Assembly: GCA_035084275.1 (NCBI GenBank)
Contig: CM068755.1
Span: 12,896,001 to 12,960,000, forward strand
Reading direction: 5' to 3'
From: Hydrolagus colliei
Lineage: Eukaryota
DNA: 64,000 nucleotides
The notes beneath the pieces are model-generated. The model had not been told where the DNA came from. It saw only the letters and a program-made list of their open reading frames with translations, and ran no database searches. The position numbers were made by a program, and so were the translations under genes. Within the stretch, counting starts at the first letter, position 1. Each line of letters opens with the position of its first letter. Positions 11,691-25,195 of the stretch are shown here, in pieces.

Positions 11691-14229
11691 AGGAGGGTGT
11701 CTCATAAGATTTACTCTAAGGTGTAGTGACTGTTTAATTGCGGACTGTGTAATTCATGAAGTAACCTGCTTGAAAATCTCCACTAAATCATAAGCATCTG
11801 GGGGAAACTCTGCCTTGCAGCGAATATACAACTATTGCAACTTGGATCCTTCACAAGTGACCTCCATGATTATTTTCTTAGTTTTATATGTTTCATGAAT
11901 AACTTTTTATAGTGGCAGCTTCAATGTTGGGCTTTTTGTGTGTGATTTATCTCATCAATATCATTGACGTGATCAATTTAGTCTCTCCTTTTTTTTGTTC
12001 GTTGAAAAATATCCAAGGACAGTAGAACAATGTAATCAGTGATATATGAGCTTGTGACACATACTTTTGATACAAAAGGAATAATAATGGTGCTACGCAG
12101 CAACATTACCAAGGAACTACACAAGCTACCAGATAGTGCTAAATGAAAATTTGTCTCAACTCATTTCATGACTGATTAATCAGACAGGTTTTCTACAGTC
12201 AGTTTTTTGGCTACCATCAATGGTTGAAGTAGTGGCCTTCTTCTTTCCTTACTACTCCCCTGTCCTTCCACTATTCAAAAGAATAACTTTTCTTTACCAA
12301 TGGCATCCTTTAATGAGTGAAGCTGGAGGCACAGGCCAGCCCCATACATAATATACAGAATTCTAACTAAGCAGTTTATGAGTGTGAAACTGATGTGTTT
12401 CACAGTGCTTGTCCATGTAGGATCATTAAGGCTTTGCTCCTGCAAAGTGAGGATATGCCTACACCATTAAGGCCAGTCGACCAAACTAGTTCACCATCGA
12501 CATTGCCTTGAATTACTGAGACCCTCTTCCTGGCTTTGGCAATACATGTTTTCTTTGATCCGGTTCAGCCATAAGTAGATACCGCTCACCTTTCTCCTTC
12601 CCCAGTCTTAAAGAAGGCCAACTCAGTCAAAAGAGATTAATCTACAAAAAGCACCAAACTCGACTTTTAGTGGGATCTAACAATAAGACAATGTTTAACA
12701 TGTCATACCCTTTACACCATCCATTTTTACTTCAAAGGAACCCCCTATCCAGGAACAACACACCTCAAAACCCTTGCACTTCCAGCATCAGAAAGATGCA
12801 TCTCTTCCTATCCTCCATAGACCGCAAAGAGTCATGTAAATCCTATCCAACACTTCTCAGAGTGAAATAAGCTGCAATCTTGCATTACAGACAGTTTGCC
12901 TGGGGCGTAGTACAGATATGTCTCCATCTCACATTGTCCATTACTGAAATCGCATATCTAGAAAATGTCTGTCTAGCATTCCCAGAAATATTATCCGACT
13001 GATCAATTTCAAAAATGCTAACATTTGAACAATTTTTTTGTGCCAGTTATATTATTATATCGAGGAAAAAGCTCAAATTGAGAAGAGAACATTTCTTCAG
13101 CAGATGGGTGTCTTTCTTTTTGTCCATTATGGTTTCATGATGGTTTTGTGTGTTCATTTAACACAAAAAAATGTAAAAATTGGTCATTTCTGAAACCTTA
13201 TCCAGGTTTAAATAGGTCAAAAGAAATGAAGCAATTCAAAGAGTATATATTCTCGAACGTCTCAGATGCCTTTCCTCATTGTTCCATTACATTTCTAGTA
13301 AAAGACATGAGATTCAATCGCCAAATCAGATTGAAGTGAAGGTTTCTTCTTACCAGCCAAAGAGAAAGTACTTGGACAATCTTGTTCACTTCTCACACCA
13401 GCCTTGCACCCTGTTCATGTCCAACACACTGCAAAAAAGATTAGTTGAGAACCCACCTGTTGTTATTTCAACTGAGGCCATGTATCACCATTTAGTGAAC
13501 ACTAGGAAAGTCACTCAATTAAAAAACTGGAAGCACAAGCTTTCGAACTGATGTGCAGTCAAGTAAAAGTTGTAACCAATGCCTTTTGAGGTTAACCAAC
13601 TTTCAACTGCAGCCCATCTCATCTCTCCAGTAAAGGCCTCAAGGCTGAAGCCTATCTTGATCATTAGGCAGCCTTCCCAAAAGGAACCAGTTTCAAGATA
13701 AGATTTCCGCAGAGTTCCATTCCTGCTTTGAAAATGAAGGTGTACTCCGGCGGGATGGTAGGGAAATTTGCCAGAGTAGGAAAGAACACGTGAGCACAGC
13801 CAAGGTTACTAGTCCCACTTCAATTTGAACCACTTCTGGTACTATTATCATTGAAATTAATATTCTTGCCTACAAGGACTTGTGGATAAGAATTGCTACC
13901 CTGCAGCATTTTGAGTTGCAGCAGGAAATAACTTTAATCCTACATAACCTTTCTTCAGATTACCGGTCTCTGTAGAGTTTCCTGCAAAACCTTGCCTGTG
14001 TTAACTTTGTTGACTTTTCCCCAAACCCAATATTATTTAACTAATAAACAAGTGAACTTGCTTCTACGTACTATCTTGGTTAAATTCTCTTGCAAGCAAA
14101 TGTATCCAGACAACCATTCTCATTTACTTCTTTATGTGTATCTACTTGATATGAGCCAACATAGTACATCAGGCAAGCTATTTAACATTTTACGTGACTT
14201 GATTTATTAAATCAGCATCACATTTTGTA

Positions 14230-14348
14230 ACCTGACTGTTCGCCTACAAATACAGTCACTCCACTTTACAGCAATTCCTGTGAAATACTTTGACAAATTT
14301 CGTTGATGCGATGAAGTGCTAGATCAAATACAAGGATTATTATCATTG
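14230..14348 (+). mobile_element. Deu-domain SINE 3' fragment
   Basis: cctacaaatacagtcactccactttacagcaattcctgtgaaatacttt...atcaaatacaaggattattatc. Confidence 0.7.
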
Positions 14349-14412
14349 TTCAATAACACCATTTTCATACACAAGCAAAATGAGAAAATAATAAATGTTA
14401 GTATTTTTCAAA

Positions 14413-14445
14413 TATAATCCTTGCATTTGATAGAGCACCTTTCAG
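14413..14445 (-). mobile_element. SINE 3' tail stub
   Basis: Reverse complement tgaaaggtgctctatcaaatgcaaggattat. Confidence 0.6.
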
Positions 14446-15627
14446 TAGTGAATAATATATAATTGGTTGGAAACAAAATAATTAAAGATTCTGGAGCCAC
14501 ATGAGCCGTGTTTGAAAGATTGTTTGTTTTACTGCCATGATATAAATATATCTAAAAGCTGAATATTCTTGCCCTCTGCTGATCACATTTGGATAGCACT
14601 CTATATCCTTGACTGTACTTCAGTCTTTCAGAGTGGGATCAGCTGTACCTTCCCAGTCACAAATTGCACTCCATATCTTAAAAGAAAATGAATTCTCAGG
14701 TAACATTAAAGTGAAATGGTCTACACTCAACATCTAGTAATAATTCATAAAAAACGTATTATTGGTTTATACAGAAGCAATACGACTTATGGTCACATTG
14801 TGAAGAGGATTCAAATACCCAAGCCATACAAGTCAATAGTGAATTTTGTAAATTCTTTAAGGATTAAATAAGTGAAACTAGCATTCCAGGAGTTATATTG
14901 ATCTGTTTTGTAGCTACAAAGATCTGTTCCAGTTAAGCAGGCCAGAGCTGGCAGACTTCAAATTAAATTTGTTTCTTTTGATTGAATTGAGAGACAATTT
15001 ATTAAATCAACGTCGCACGTTGTAACCTGATTTTTTTTTTTACACACACATTCTGAACCCTAAGTGCAACCTTTTTCAAAATCCCAAATTGGGAGTTGAC
15101 ACGCTTTCTGTCTGAGCTATCTCTTGTATTAAGTTAGAAAATAATAGAGGAAATTGCTCTTCTGTTTAGAAAGAATAGGTTTCAGATCTTGTAAGCACAG
15201 TAAGTGCATTAGTTATACAAGTATTCCCATGTGCCGAGATATGTAGTACACTAATACTGTAAATGGTGGCCATTTACTGCTTATAGTGTGCTAATCCTCT
15301 AATGTCCTTGTGAATTCACATACTTTTCTTTTCCATATTCTTTTACCTTTATAAAATCATTTTGAAAACAAAAGTTCTTGATAGTTTGTGGCTTGCTCGA
15401 TATTTTGCATGCTGAAAGAATTGTGACCTTTTGAAATTAATTCCGTATACTCTTCAGTTGGATTACCACAGATCTGCTCAAATGTCATCCTTAAATATTG
15501 TTGCCTTTTTTCCTGACTTAACTCGGTGTCAAATACAGTAAACTGAACATTTGAGGCCTATGATTGATTCGAGTGTTTTTCACATATGAAATGACCTCAT
15601 AAGCCACTTATGTCAAGACTTCATTAT

Positions 15628-15935
15628 TCAACAACAACAATTTGCATTTATATAGCACCTTTCGCATTAAAAATGCAAGTCTCAAAGAGCTTCACAAACT
15701 ATAATTGATCCGACATGAAGTGAAATGTTGTTATATAAACAAGGTTCTGCTAACCTTGCAGCAACAACCCATAAAGACCGATGAGATGAGCAACTAATTA
15801 ATGTGAATATAGGGTACATTTTGATTGGTTGAGGGTGGGGGGAGGGCTTTAAAGCAGAAGAAAAAAACTCCACATTTCTTTTAAATTGTAGCAAAAGAGC
15901 CTTTACATCCACCTCAGTCAAGGCAGATGAAATCT
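15628..15935 (-). mobile_element. Older Deu-domain SINE with (TTG)n tail
   Basis: Tail acaacaacaatttgcatttatatagcacctttc, plus Deu-core remnant ctttacatccacctcagtcaaggcagat (antisense of ...ggtggatgtaaag...). Confidence 0.65.
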
Positions 15936-16939
15936 AAAATAAATAACACTCAAAGATTGTATATTTTGAAAGTAACTAAATTATCAACAAATCCAATCCT
16001 CCACATATATTTGTTAAACGTAATGTGGTCATGTAGTAACCTATTTTGACAATAATTTTATTTACAGAAAACGACATATTATGGACAACCGGAAATATAG
16101 TTATTCTCTTAATTTTTCTAATAATTACAATTCCCTCTTTTTTTAAACCCTGGATCAGATTTTAATCCCATATCATGGAGAACAAAAACATGTTTGGAAA
16201 TTTATGGGAAGACTTTGTGATGAATTCTAGCATTTGTCTCATATGAAATAACTTCCTGACCCACTTAAGTTTTCATTATTCAACAGCACCAGCAATTTGC
16301 TGACATTAAGATATCAGGTGAAAATCAGTCCTTAACCATGACATAATAACATTTGGAATTTTCTACCAAGCATCATCTGGGTGCAGTCGGAAAAAAATTA
16401 AACAACAAAAGAACAAAAGAAGTAAGAAGCACTAAATGGACTAATAGTTCAAAGCAAAAATAACGAACAGTTAACACGGTCAAGAGTGGTATCTCAGGAT
16501 GAATAGCACGGACCATAAAAAGGTGGGAATGCAGAAGTGAATAATTGTGGGAAAATCTAGGTACCAAGTGAAATAAAACAACAAATGGCTTGGCCCGTGC
16601 TTTGGAGATGAAAGTCGCCAAAAAAATTGCAGTCCCCAGCAATGGAAGATGGGAGTACTTTTGGTCTCATTTATTAATTTATTAGTTTTAAATCCTTTTC
16701 TATTTATGAGGGTAATAAGAACAATGCAATTAATCTGAGCAAATATTACACTGCTGACAGAATGCCCAGCTCTCCTAAGGTTAAAAGGCACATGACCGAG
16801 GTATCAAACTGATTTAGGAGCAAAGGAAAGCAAGATGCCGGAGATTAAAAACCACAGCGGCAGAGCGTAAAGCCTTGTAGTTAAAGCAGAAAGCAATAGG
16901 TGAAAAGATATATAACCAAGTGTACGTATGGATTCATAT

Positions 16940-17040
16940 CAAATTATTTCAAAAGGCTATTCAGAAAAAGACTACAGTACGACAAAAATTTAGCCTTCTA
17001 TGATTTTAAGAGTAAATCCTAAAAACCTTTTAAGTACTTT
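16940..17040 (+). mobile_element. Probable CR1 ORF2 internal remnant
   Basis: Frameshifted translation KRLQYDKNLAFYDFKS/NPK/TF/KY resembles the CR1 pattern AKRxYExxLAxxIKxNPKxFFKY. Confidence 0.4.
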
Positions 17041-17539
17041 TCTTCAGGGTATTGCATTGTTACGGTGTTAGTGCAGGGACATGCCACTGCCAGCGAATGT
17101 GTATAAGGAAGTATTGGTGGTAAGGTAATGGAGTATGACATTGCGTTTCGTCATGGTTGAGAACTATAGCCCTTGAGATCAGACTGGGGGGTAGGGTTGT
17201 CTTGAATCACACCCCTGGTCAGCTAATGTGCCTTGAAGTGTCTGTGGCCAAGAAATGAGACATGCACCCACGAGCTGCGTTGTGGAAGAAACTAGTTCTA
17301 ATCACTTGAAGTCTACTAGAGGATCTTCACTCATGTGCTGCCAACTAATGAGACTAGAGGCCAGAGCAGGAAGAGGTGAACAAAGGGCTATGGATTAAAA
17401 AGTGGGTGGCCTTAAGTAAACAGTCATGTCTCTAGATTGGGTTAGACACCTCTTTCTGCTGCGTTCATTTCTACAGTAAAGAATTCAGGAATAGTCTGAG
17501 CTGTGTCAGAGGTTGGAGAACGTTATGTTCCCGGGCTTC

Positions 17540-17590
17540 AAAACTTTGTTAAGAGCGAAGGGCACTATATAAATGCAAATTGTTGTTGTA
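17540..17590 (+). mobile_element. L2-type 3' tail
   Basis: gaagggcactatataaatgcaaattgttgttg. Confidence 0.6.
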
Positions 17591-19004
17591 AATTGTGACA
17601 TTAACATCAACCTTCTCGTGATCATTCGAAATGATTATCTAAATCAGGCCGCTTTTCACGAGTTCAATAAGTCTGAAAAGTTTGCCTAAAATGCACAAAA
17701 ACACTTCTTCCCACAAAGAAAGCATAATTCTACTCAAAAATCAATCCTGGTGGTTCAGAATTGTTTTTTTTAATTCTAAAACTGGCTGGAGTTTCTTGTT
17801 GTTGTTTTTTTTAAGACTTGGCAAAACTCCCGGTTTATTATAAGAATTAAAGTATATGGATTTGACTTGAGATTTTAAGAATTTTCTTTCATGGCCTGTG
17901 TCAGCAAAAAGATAGCATCTCTTTGTGAGTTATTAACGCACAGCTATAAACCCCGGATAGCAAATTCCTTTAACATATGCAGTCCTTTCACCCTTTAATT
18001 TACCTTTTGGTTTGAAGACAAGAACAACAGCACAAAATCCCTACGGGCTCATAACACCCTGACATGAATTTGTGAAGAAGATACTGATATGATGATAAAA
18101 ACCCAATAAACACAATATAAAAACCTTGACCAGTCTTAGTTCTGTGCCAGGGTAAGCAAATCCCCCACCCAAAGCAAACAAAGAGGCCTAAAATTCAAGG
18201 ACGTCTACGGAGATGTTCTAAAGGGAAAAACTTTAGGGCACAACCCCTGTACGTCAGCTGGACTGCAAGTGATGAACGTGTTTGTAGGAAAATATTTTGC
18301 CTGGTTCAAATCAGTAAGGAATTGATTATGGAAGCCATGAACAAATTCCAATCCGGTTATTGCAAAAGTCCCTCTTCAGTTGCCACAAATCATCCCTGCT
18401 GATGTTTTGGTGGAAAAAAATTAGAAAAATTTCAATTTCAGGAACTTTATTATTTTCATTAATCATTGCAGGGCTGTCACCCCTGTCCTTATGGTTTAGC
18501 AGGAGATCTATTATATGGCCCATTTACTCTGAACCATATTACCTCATATGTTTTCCTGGCTGACCAAATAAGACTTAAGAGATAAAACAATTTACTGTTC
18601 ATTATGATCCGTGTCACTGAAATCAATCTATTAACCTCCGTTAACTGGATCTGTGACGATATCACACACATGCATGCAAAGGGGAAAAAAAATTTTTTTG
18701 AAGCACTGTGCCCATAAAATGCGGGAGACATGTAATTTGCCGAGCAAATACAGCTTCATTTTCTCTCAGCCGCTGCAGCTTCAGCATCTTCAAACAGCCT
18801 CTGACCTGTAAAAAAATTCTAACAAATTGGCTTCTATTGTGGAGCCAAAGGTGCTAACAATGAGGCGATGGTCGGCTGGTCCCAATGTGCGAAGTAGAAA
18901 GCTGGAGCAGCATCAATAGCTCTGGCAGTATGACAGTAACCCTTTCAGCTCTGCACCTCTCCCCGGGAGAGCTGTTTTCCCTTGCTTTGCGAAAATACTT
19001 CAGA

Positions 19005-19372
19005 TTTATATTAATATAATAATATTTACATTTGATTTAGCGCCTTTGGCGCACATTGTGAGGAATGTCCCAAAGCTCTTTGTAGGATCTTTGCTGTAAA
19101 GTGAAGTGACTGTATTTTTGTAGACAAATGCAAGCAATTTTGCACACAGCAATGTCCCACAAATAGCGTGAAGTGAATGACCAATTATATTTGGCTGGCC
19201 ACAACATAGGGAGAATCTCCCTTCTTTTTTCGAATAGTGCCATGGGATCTTTAATGTCAACCAAAACAGGCAGGCAGAACCTTGGTTTAACAGCACCTCA
19301 CACAATGCAGCCCTCCCCTACCCCTCTCATCACTGCACTAGAGAGTCAGCAGAGACTATGACATCAGTTGGT
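19005..19372 (-). mobile_element. Deu-domain SINE, near full length
   Basis: Antisense reads ttaaaccaaggttctgcctgcctgttttggttgacattaaagatcccatggcactattcgaaaaaagaagggagattctcc...gctgtgtgcaaaattg...ggcgctaaatcaaatgtaaatattatt; contains the hallmark Deu core ttaaagatcccatggcact shared by AmnSINE1/SacSINE1. Confidence 0.9.
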
Positions 19373-22300
19373 GGGGGGAAAGGATAATTGGGATTCCTTT
19401 AAATGTTTTCCACCTGGGAAATAGAAATTGCGCATTTTAGGGAAATGAAATTTACAAAAGTTGTAAATATCTTTTGCCAACATCAGTTTCTTCCAATTGC
19501 TAGATGGATATAAACAGACGGGCAAAAAGGCTTGTCCAGTGATGTGGTTGGTGCTGTGTAACTAAATTGGGCAGTTCTGATTTTGGTGGTAATTCTGAAT
19601 ACAAGGCAAGAATGCCGTAGCGGACTAGAAAGAGTTAAAGATGCAGATTAGATTGCCTGAAGTAATAAGGGGCAAGGGGGAGGGGGAAATAAAATGGACA
19701 ACGAAGGGGAGGGAAAGGTTGTCTGTCTCCAGCCAGGATTAAAGGAATTTCAATGGAAAAAAAATAAAAGAAAGCAGCTGGATGAAAGGGGCACTACCCC
19801 TATAGAATGAGACAAAAGACGGTGGATTATAAAAAAAAGAGACAAAATGATTTTGAAAAAAGATAATTATGCTTCAGAACAATTACGGCAGCTATGAAGT
19901 GAAATTATAATAGTCCTTCAAAACTAATTTAAATGTGATGAAAGCGCTTGTGCAAGACAGCAGAAAATCATAAGGTTTACGATGCAGATCTCAGCTGCAA
20001 AGATAGCGATCAGATTATTCCCTTTGCTTGCATGTTAACCGCAAAGAGCATCAGTTTAGGACTGACAAGCGGTGAAGTTTGCAGCAGAGTTCAGAGTGGC
20101 GAAGGAGAGCACAGGGGGATAAATCGAATGCTGGCACCGAGGAAGACGAACAATTAACCCTGCCTTTTGGAATGTGTGTTTTCAGTGACAATCTTCCTAA
20201 ATAAATTCAGTAAGCTGTCATCCTGCAGATCAGTGTTTATATAACTTCATATTATTTTAATACTCAGAATAAAATGTACAGTTCCCAGCATATTTCTGGG
20301 TGCCGGTTCTACAGTGATAGTTTTTGCCTTGGTACAATAGCCCTTTTGAAATTCATTCATTTTTTAAAAAAAAACAAAAACTGCAGTTGATTAATTGTAA
20401 CTGAGAATAACATTTAAACATTCAATCTTACTACAAGCAATTATGTCCAAATGCAGTTGGGCATAGCACATGTGACAGCACATTATTTAGCATCAGATAA
20501 ATGAATTAAGGGCATTTCTGTATGCTATGAAAATTTTATTTGTGTTCCTTCTATAAAGTCCTTATTTTCAGTGCAATCTCTTTCAAATTAGTTTGTGAAA
20601 CCTTTTTTGGGGATAAAAAAATAACACTAATGTACTTTGGGCTCAGTCCATTAAATCATATGGATGGATCATTTGAAAATATTATTCTGCTAGTAAATAT
20701 TACATCTTGCATCGGTTCTGCCTTATAATAGGGAAAGTAATCCTTAAAATGGTGAAAATTATCATAAATCATCACTTTGCTGTCATTCAATTGATGCACT
20801 CTATTTCTGATTGCAAGACGCTTTATAATCCTACAGAGACCAGTCAATCTTTTATGACCCATGCCAAGCCCATTACCATTGGCTTTTTAGGTTCATTCCC
20901 TTTTATTAATGTGGACAGAAAATTCTTAAGAGACGCACGTTAGCAAAAAAAACCTTTTTGTTTTATCTCACTTTTTATATCCAATTTTAAAAAGTTGGAA
21001 CTATTGTGCGGTTAGGAGCACTCAGAAGCAGGTTTATCGTTGTTATTTCCCACAAGGAGAGTTCCTACCCTCAGCTAATCTAAGTGAGGAGAGGCCGGGA
21101 ACCAAGCAGAGGTTAGACTCTGGCAATGGGCATGCTCACTCTTGTGCCTCTCTTCCTGGGCAGGTTACATAGCAGGATTGGTACAGAGTGCAAGCTGTTT
21201 GCATTCATAAGCTCAGAAACAAATCAGCATTGGGAGGGTTATACAGACTATAAATAATATGACGTAATATTTTTGCATTATTCTAAAGATTAAGTTAGTC
21301 TTAACCACCATCTCACCACCCCATATTACCTAATTCCCATTGGAAAAAGCCAGTACTTGAAATAATATGGATAAACTGATCTTTGGGACTTACAGACTTG
21401 CAGTAGTAATGTACAATGCTATTTCCAATGTCACACTCTGATTTGACAGGGAAAAGAGAGAGGCAAATAAAATTGCTTAAATACAAGATCTCAGCTCCAA
21501 GGAATCATTTGAGTGGTAAATGCTGGAGTATCATACAGTCCATTTCACAGGTAGATAATAAAGGACACAATAATTGCTAAATAAATGCTGTATACATATT
21601 CATTTGTAAGTACAATCTAAAAGCTGTCCATTGATTACGCACTTGTTATATGTACTATCTAATTGCATGCACTGTTCAAATATATTCTGGATTGTATTTT
21701 TGTTTATGTATTAGAAATATCAGCTGAATATTTTTGTTTGGAGAGAGCTTCTGCCCCATTATTTTAATTAGTCCAAATATATTGCCTAGAGGAGATAACT
21801 GCTGTAAATGTTACATGCAGATTGTATAATATATATTTAGATAATGGTCTGACACTATTTATTAGCCTTACTTCCTTTCTCCATAACTTATTGGTGGGTG
21901 AATTTTTAATCTTGGCTTAACAGGACTGAGGCATTTGAAGCAAACTGGCCCGTTACCCAATTAAAATAGATGTGGTTTTGAAGAAGATCACGACAAGAGC
22001 AACATTATCTGCTTAACAAGAAGTGAGACAGTGTAGATGAGTGCCTCTGAAGCGAACAGGACTAATGAGATCGAGCTGTTCATTTCTCTGTCGTGATGAA
22101 AAGCCAAACTACCAGTTTGGTGTAACATCAACACAGGCATCCTGTACACGTTGATTATCGATCCCTAAACTAGAGTGATTGCACAGAATGTTGAGAGGTT
22201 TTTAATTACCAGCATTCAAACTTCCTTCCAACATAATAAAAACCACCTTTTCGTATAACACATGGGATAATGGCTTTCTCCTCGTTGTGCTTTTTTTGAG

Positions 22301-22499
22301 GGAAGAACACAAGTTACAACTGCTGCCTCATTGCCTGCAAGGACTGATCCGCAGTGTCAATGTGGTGCTAAATTAACTCCGGAGGCATGCACATGGTAAA
22401 ACATCTTTGCTGGCATTGTGGAAGTGGCATACATCAAACTTTGCAGTTCAGGAAGAGGCCTTGTAGCCTACTGAGCCTACAATGGTTCAAGCACCTGCA

Positions 22500-22522
22500 A
22501 TGAATCATAGAATCATAGAATG
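22500..22522 (-). repeat. CR1-type 3' terminal octamer repeat (ATTCTATG)n stub
   Basis: gaatcatagaatcatagaat is the reverse complement of attctatgattctatgattc. Confidence 0.5.
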
Positions 22523-23114
22523 CAACTCGAATGTTAATTCCTCACTCCATTTACATGTTATTACACTAACCACTCTTTCTAGTATCCCTCTGCAGGAGGA
22601 AAAGTCTTTATTCCCCTTATTTTCTCCTTCCCATCCACCTTTTTTTCTAATCTCTACCTAATCCACACACATACATATTAATTTATAGTTAGAGAACACA
22701 TGTGAATTTATCCTTCAATGTATATTTTAAAAATGAGTTGTAAGATTCAAACTCTAATCAGCACAAGGCTTCACTGCAGCCCAGGTCTTATCCTCTTCTG
22801 ATATTTCAAATTTGCTGTGGGTGGATTCCAGTTTTTTTCATCCCCTTGATACACAGAGTCAGGTGCCAGACATAGCACATATAATCAAAACAGGGCAGTG
22901 TGGAGTTTCACAAAGAGTCAGAAGGTCTCTCAGTTCGACCAGCTCATTTCAACACTGGAAGAAAAACAATAAATCTCATTTGAAACTCATTACATTTATG
23001 AAATGTTAATGCTATTATGAAGATAACTTACTACTTTAACCTATTCCGTTATTTCAGATTCAGAGTAATGTTGCAAACCATTTTACATTTTTCTTTCAAG
23101 AGATTTAGTGTGTC

Positions 23115-23490
23115 CAATTTTTTCTTCCAATTTTCTCCCCACTACTCTGCTCCTGGTCTGACCTCCACTTGCGGTGGTGGATTGTGGTTCCACAGACACT
23201 GGTTGCACTCCAGTTTCCCAATCAAATGACCATGTGCAAATCTTGACACCAAGCAATGCCAGGCCACTCAAGTTTATATGGTGTAGAGCAGAGTCTGACC
23301 TCTCCCCGCCCGGCTGCCACACCCACACAAAACCAGTGTTGCAGACGAGCGAGGAGCAAGAACTCTGGCTTGTTAACCCCCGTCTAATCCTAGGCAAGCT
23401 GTGATGCACTGAACAGCAAACTCAGCATGACCAGGATCTAAGCCAATAATTTCCTAGTCTTTAAGCTCTATCCATTACACTATGCACCAT
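23115..23490 (-). mobile_element. AmnSINE2-like SINE, near full length, diverged
   Basis: Antisense: gatcctggtcatgctgagtttgctg...agccagagttcttgctcct...gtggaaccac...gagaaaattggaagaaaaa; collinear with the recalled shark AmnSINE2-like consensus and sharing its 3' part with 34095-34218. Confidence 0.6.
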
Positions 23491-25149
23491 TTTACATTTC
23501 TACCAAGCTTGTGATGAACTGCACAGTTCTTATTTCTTTAAATTGTTCTTTAAAGTAAATGCAAACTGATTAAATTCAAATAGTTGCATTTTTTTAAAAA
23601 AGGGATATTTCACAGATGTTGTTAAACAATTTGAATGAAATCATTTTGATGTACATCACATTGGTGCCAATGAGAATGTGTTTATTGTTAATTAATTGCA
23701 GATCTACATTGGCCAGCAAAAAAATACTGTTGCATTAATTTAATGGGCTGACAAAGTTATGTCAAAGTTTCTGTGACAGATGATATAAAATATGCAGAAT
23801 ACTTTGGTTCATGTTATCTTTTCCTTTCACAGAACACTGAAAAGATTTAGTTCCCATGTCCTGCATGATGAACATCATAAATTTATATTTGTTGAAACTG
23901 AAGGTCATCTTTTTATGTTTTCATTTAATAACTTAAATTGGCAATACATTAGTAAAACTTGTCTTAAAAACCTTTCAGCTTTAAGTTATTGTTGGCATCC
24001 GTGTTTTAAATCGGAAGAACTTCTTTTGAGCTTTATTTTCATAACCTTTTCATATTTAATATTCATACATGTCTTTCCTGGATATTGACATGATCTGAGT
24101 GAACATATGTTGAAAGAAAACGTTATCAAGAGTATTTATTATTTTGATAGCGCTGAATAGTTCTAATTATACAGAGTTTTATTTTAAAATGAGCAATGTC
24201 CAAACACTGAGTGAGTCAAATGTTATTGTTGTAACCAGTATTTGGTTCCATTATGTTTTGCTGGTTGCCTTTGTCGAGTGTTCCAGATACTCATACATTG
24301 CCACCTTTCTTGCTTTGCAAAGTGAGAACTGATATTTCTCAGGAATGGGCCCTCATCTTTGTGAAGAAATGACCACATCAAATACTCGCAGGCCTGATGC
24401 TGTCTTGGAGTTGTGTGAATTAACTCTCAGACTCCACCACTGTGCTGTCCACTAACATATCTAAATCCCAAGCATTACGAGGCGCTCCTGGTACTGCAAT
24501 CTGACATTTACATCGCCCACACCACCCTCTCACAACCCACCTCGGAATAATATTGTCAAAGCAGAGTTGACGCATTGCTCTCTTAATAATGTTTTTTTCA
24601 CATCTGGGGATGGGGGGTGGGTTGTGGGGAGGGAGTTTCGGATACACAGATTCTCTTTTGGAGGGATGAGGCTAGTCTTTGAAAAGATTTTCAGGCCAGA
24701 TAATTAGTAATATCTGCAAGGAAGAGATTTAAATTTAGAATATATGAAATAAGGACAGCCATCTGTAAGAAATACTTGAATAATACTGTTTTTTTAAACA
24801 AAAATAATTTGTGAAACAAAGCTTGGAATATTATTTTCTTTTTACAATGTGATAATAGAACTTTTTTTAAAAAAGGTTTTATTTTCAGGGAGTTTGTTCA
24901 AGAGAGAACATATTCAGTACTGCTTAAACTACGGATGATGAATGAGTGAGAGTTTGTTCAAAGGAAACTGTTATTTAAATAAAAGCCACAAAATTGAATA
25001 CGTGTGTACTTCTCATTTCTTTGAAATTTGGCTAGATTTGTCCATCAAAACAATCATTCACTTTTTGCAGATTTAATTTCTTTCTCGGCTTTCAAGATGT
25101 GTACTCGCTTTCTATTTTAGAGGATTTTGTGAAGACAATAACTTGATAT

Positions 25150-25195
25150 TAACATGGCAGCCAATTGCGCACAGCAGTGTCCCATAAACATTGAT
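25150..25195 (-). mobile_element. Deu-domain SINE internal fragment
   Basis: aacatggcagccaattgcgcacagcagtgtcccataaaca, nearly identical to 45930-45970. Confidence 0.75.

Noticed and set aside
11398-11793. 131-aa ORF and overlapping ORFs
   Set aside because: Decayed L2 ORF2 C-terminus and C-rich UTR.
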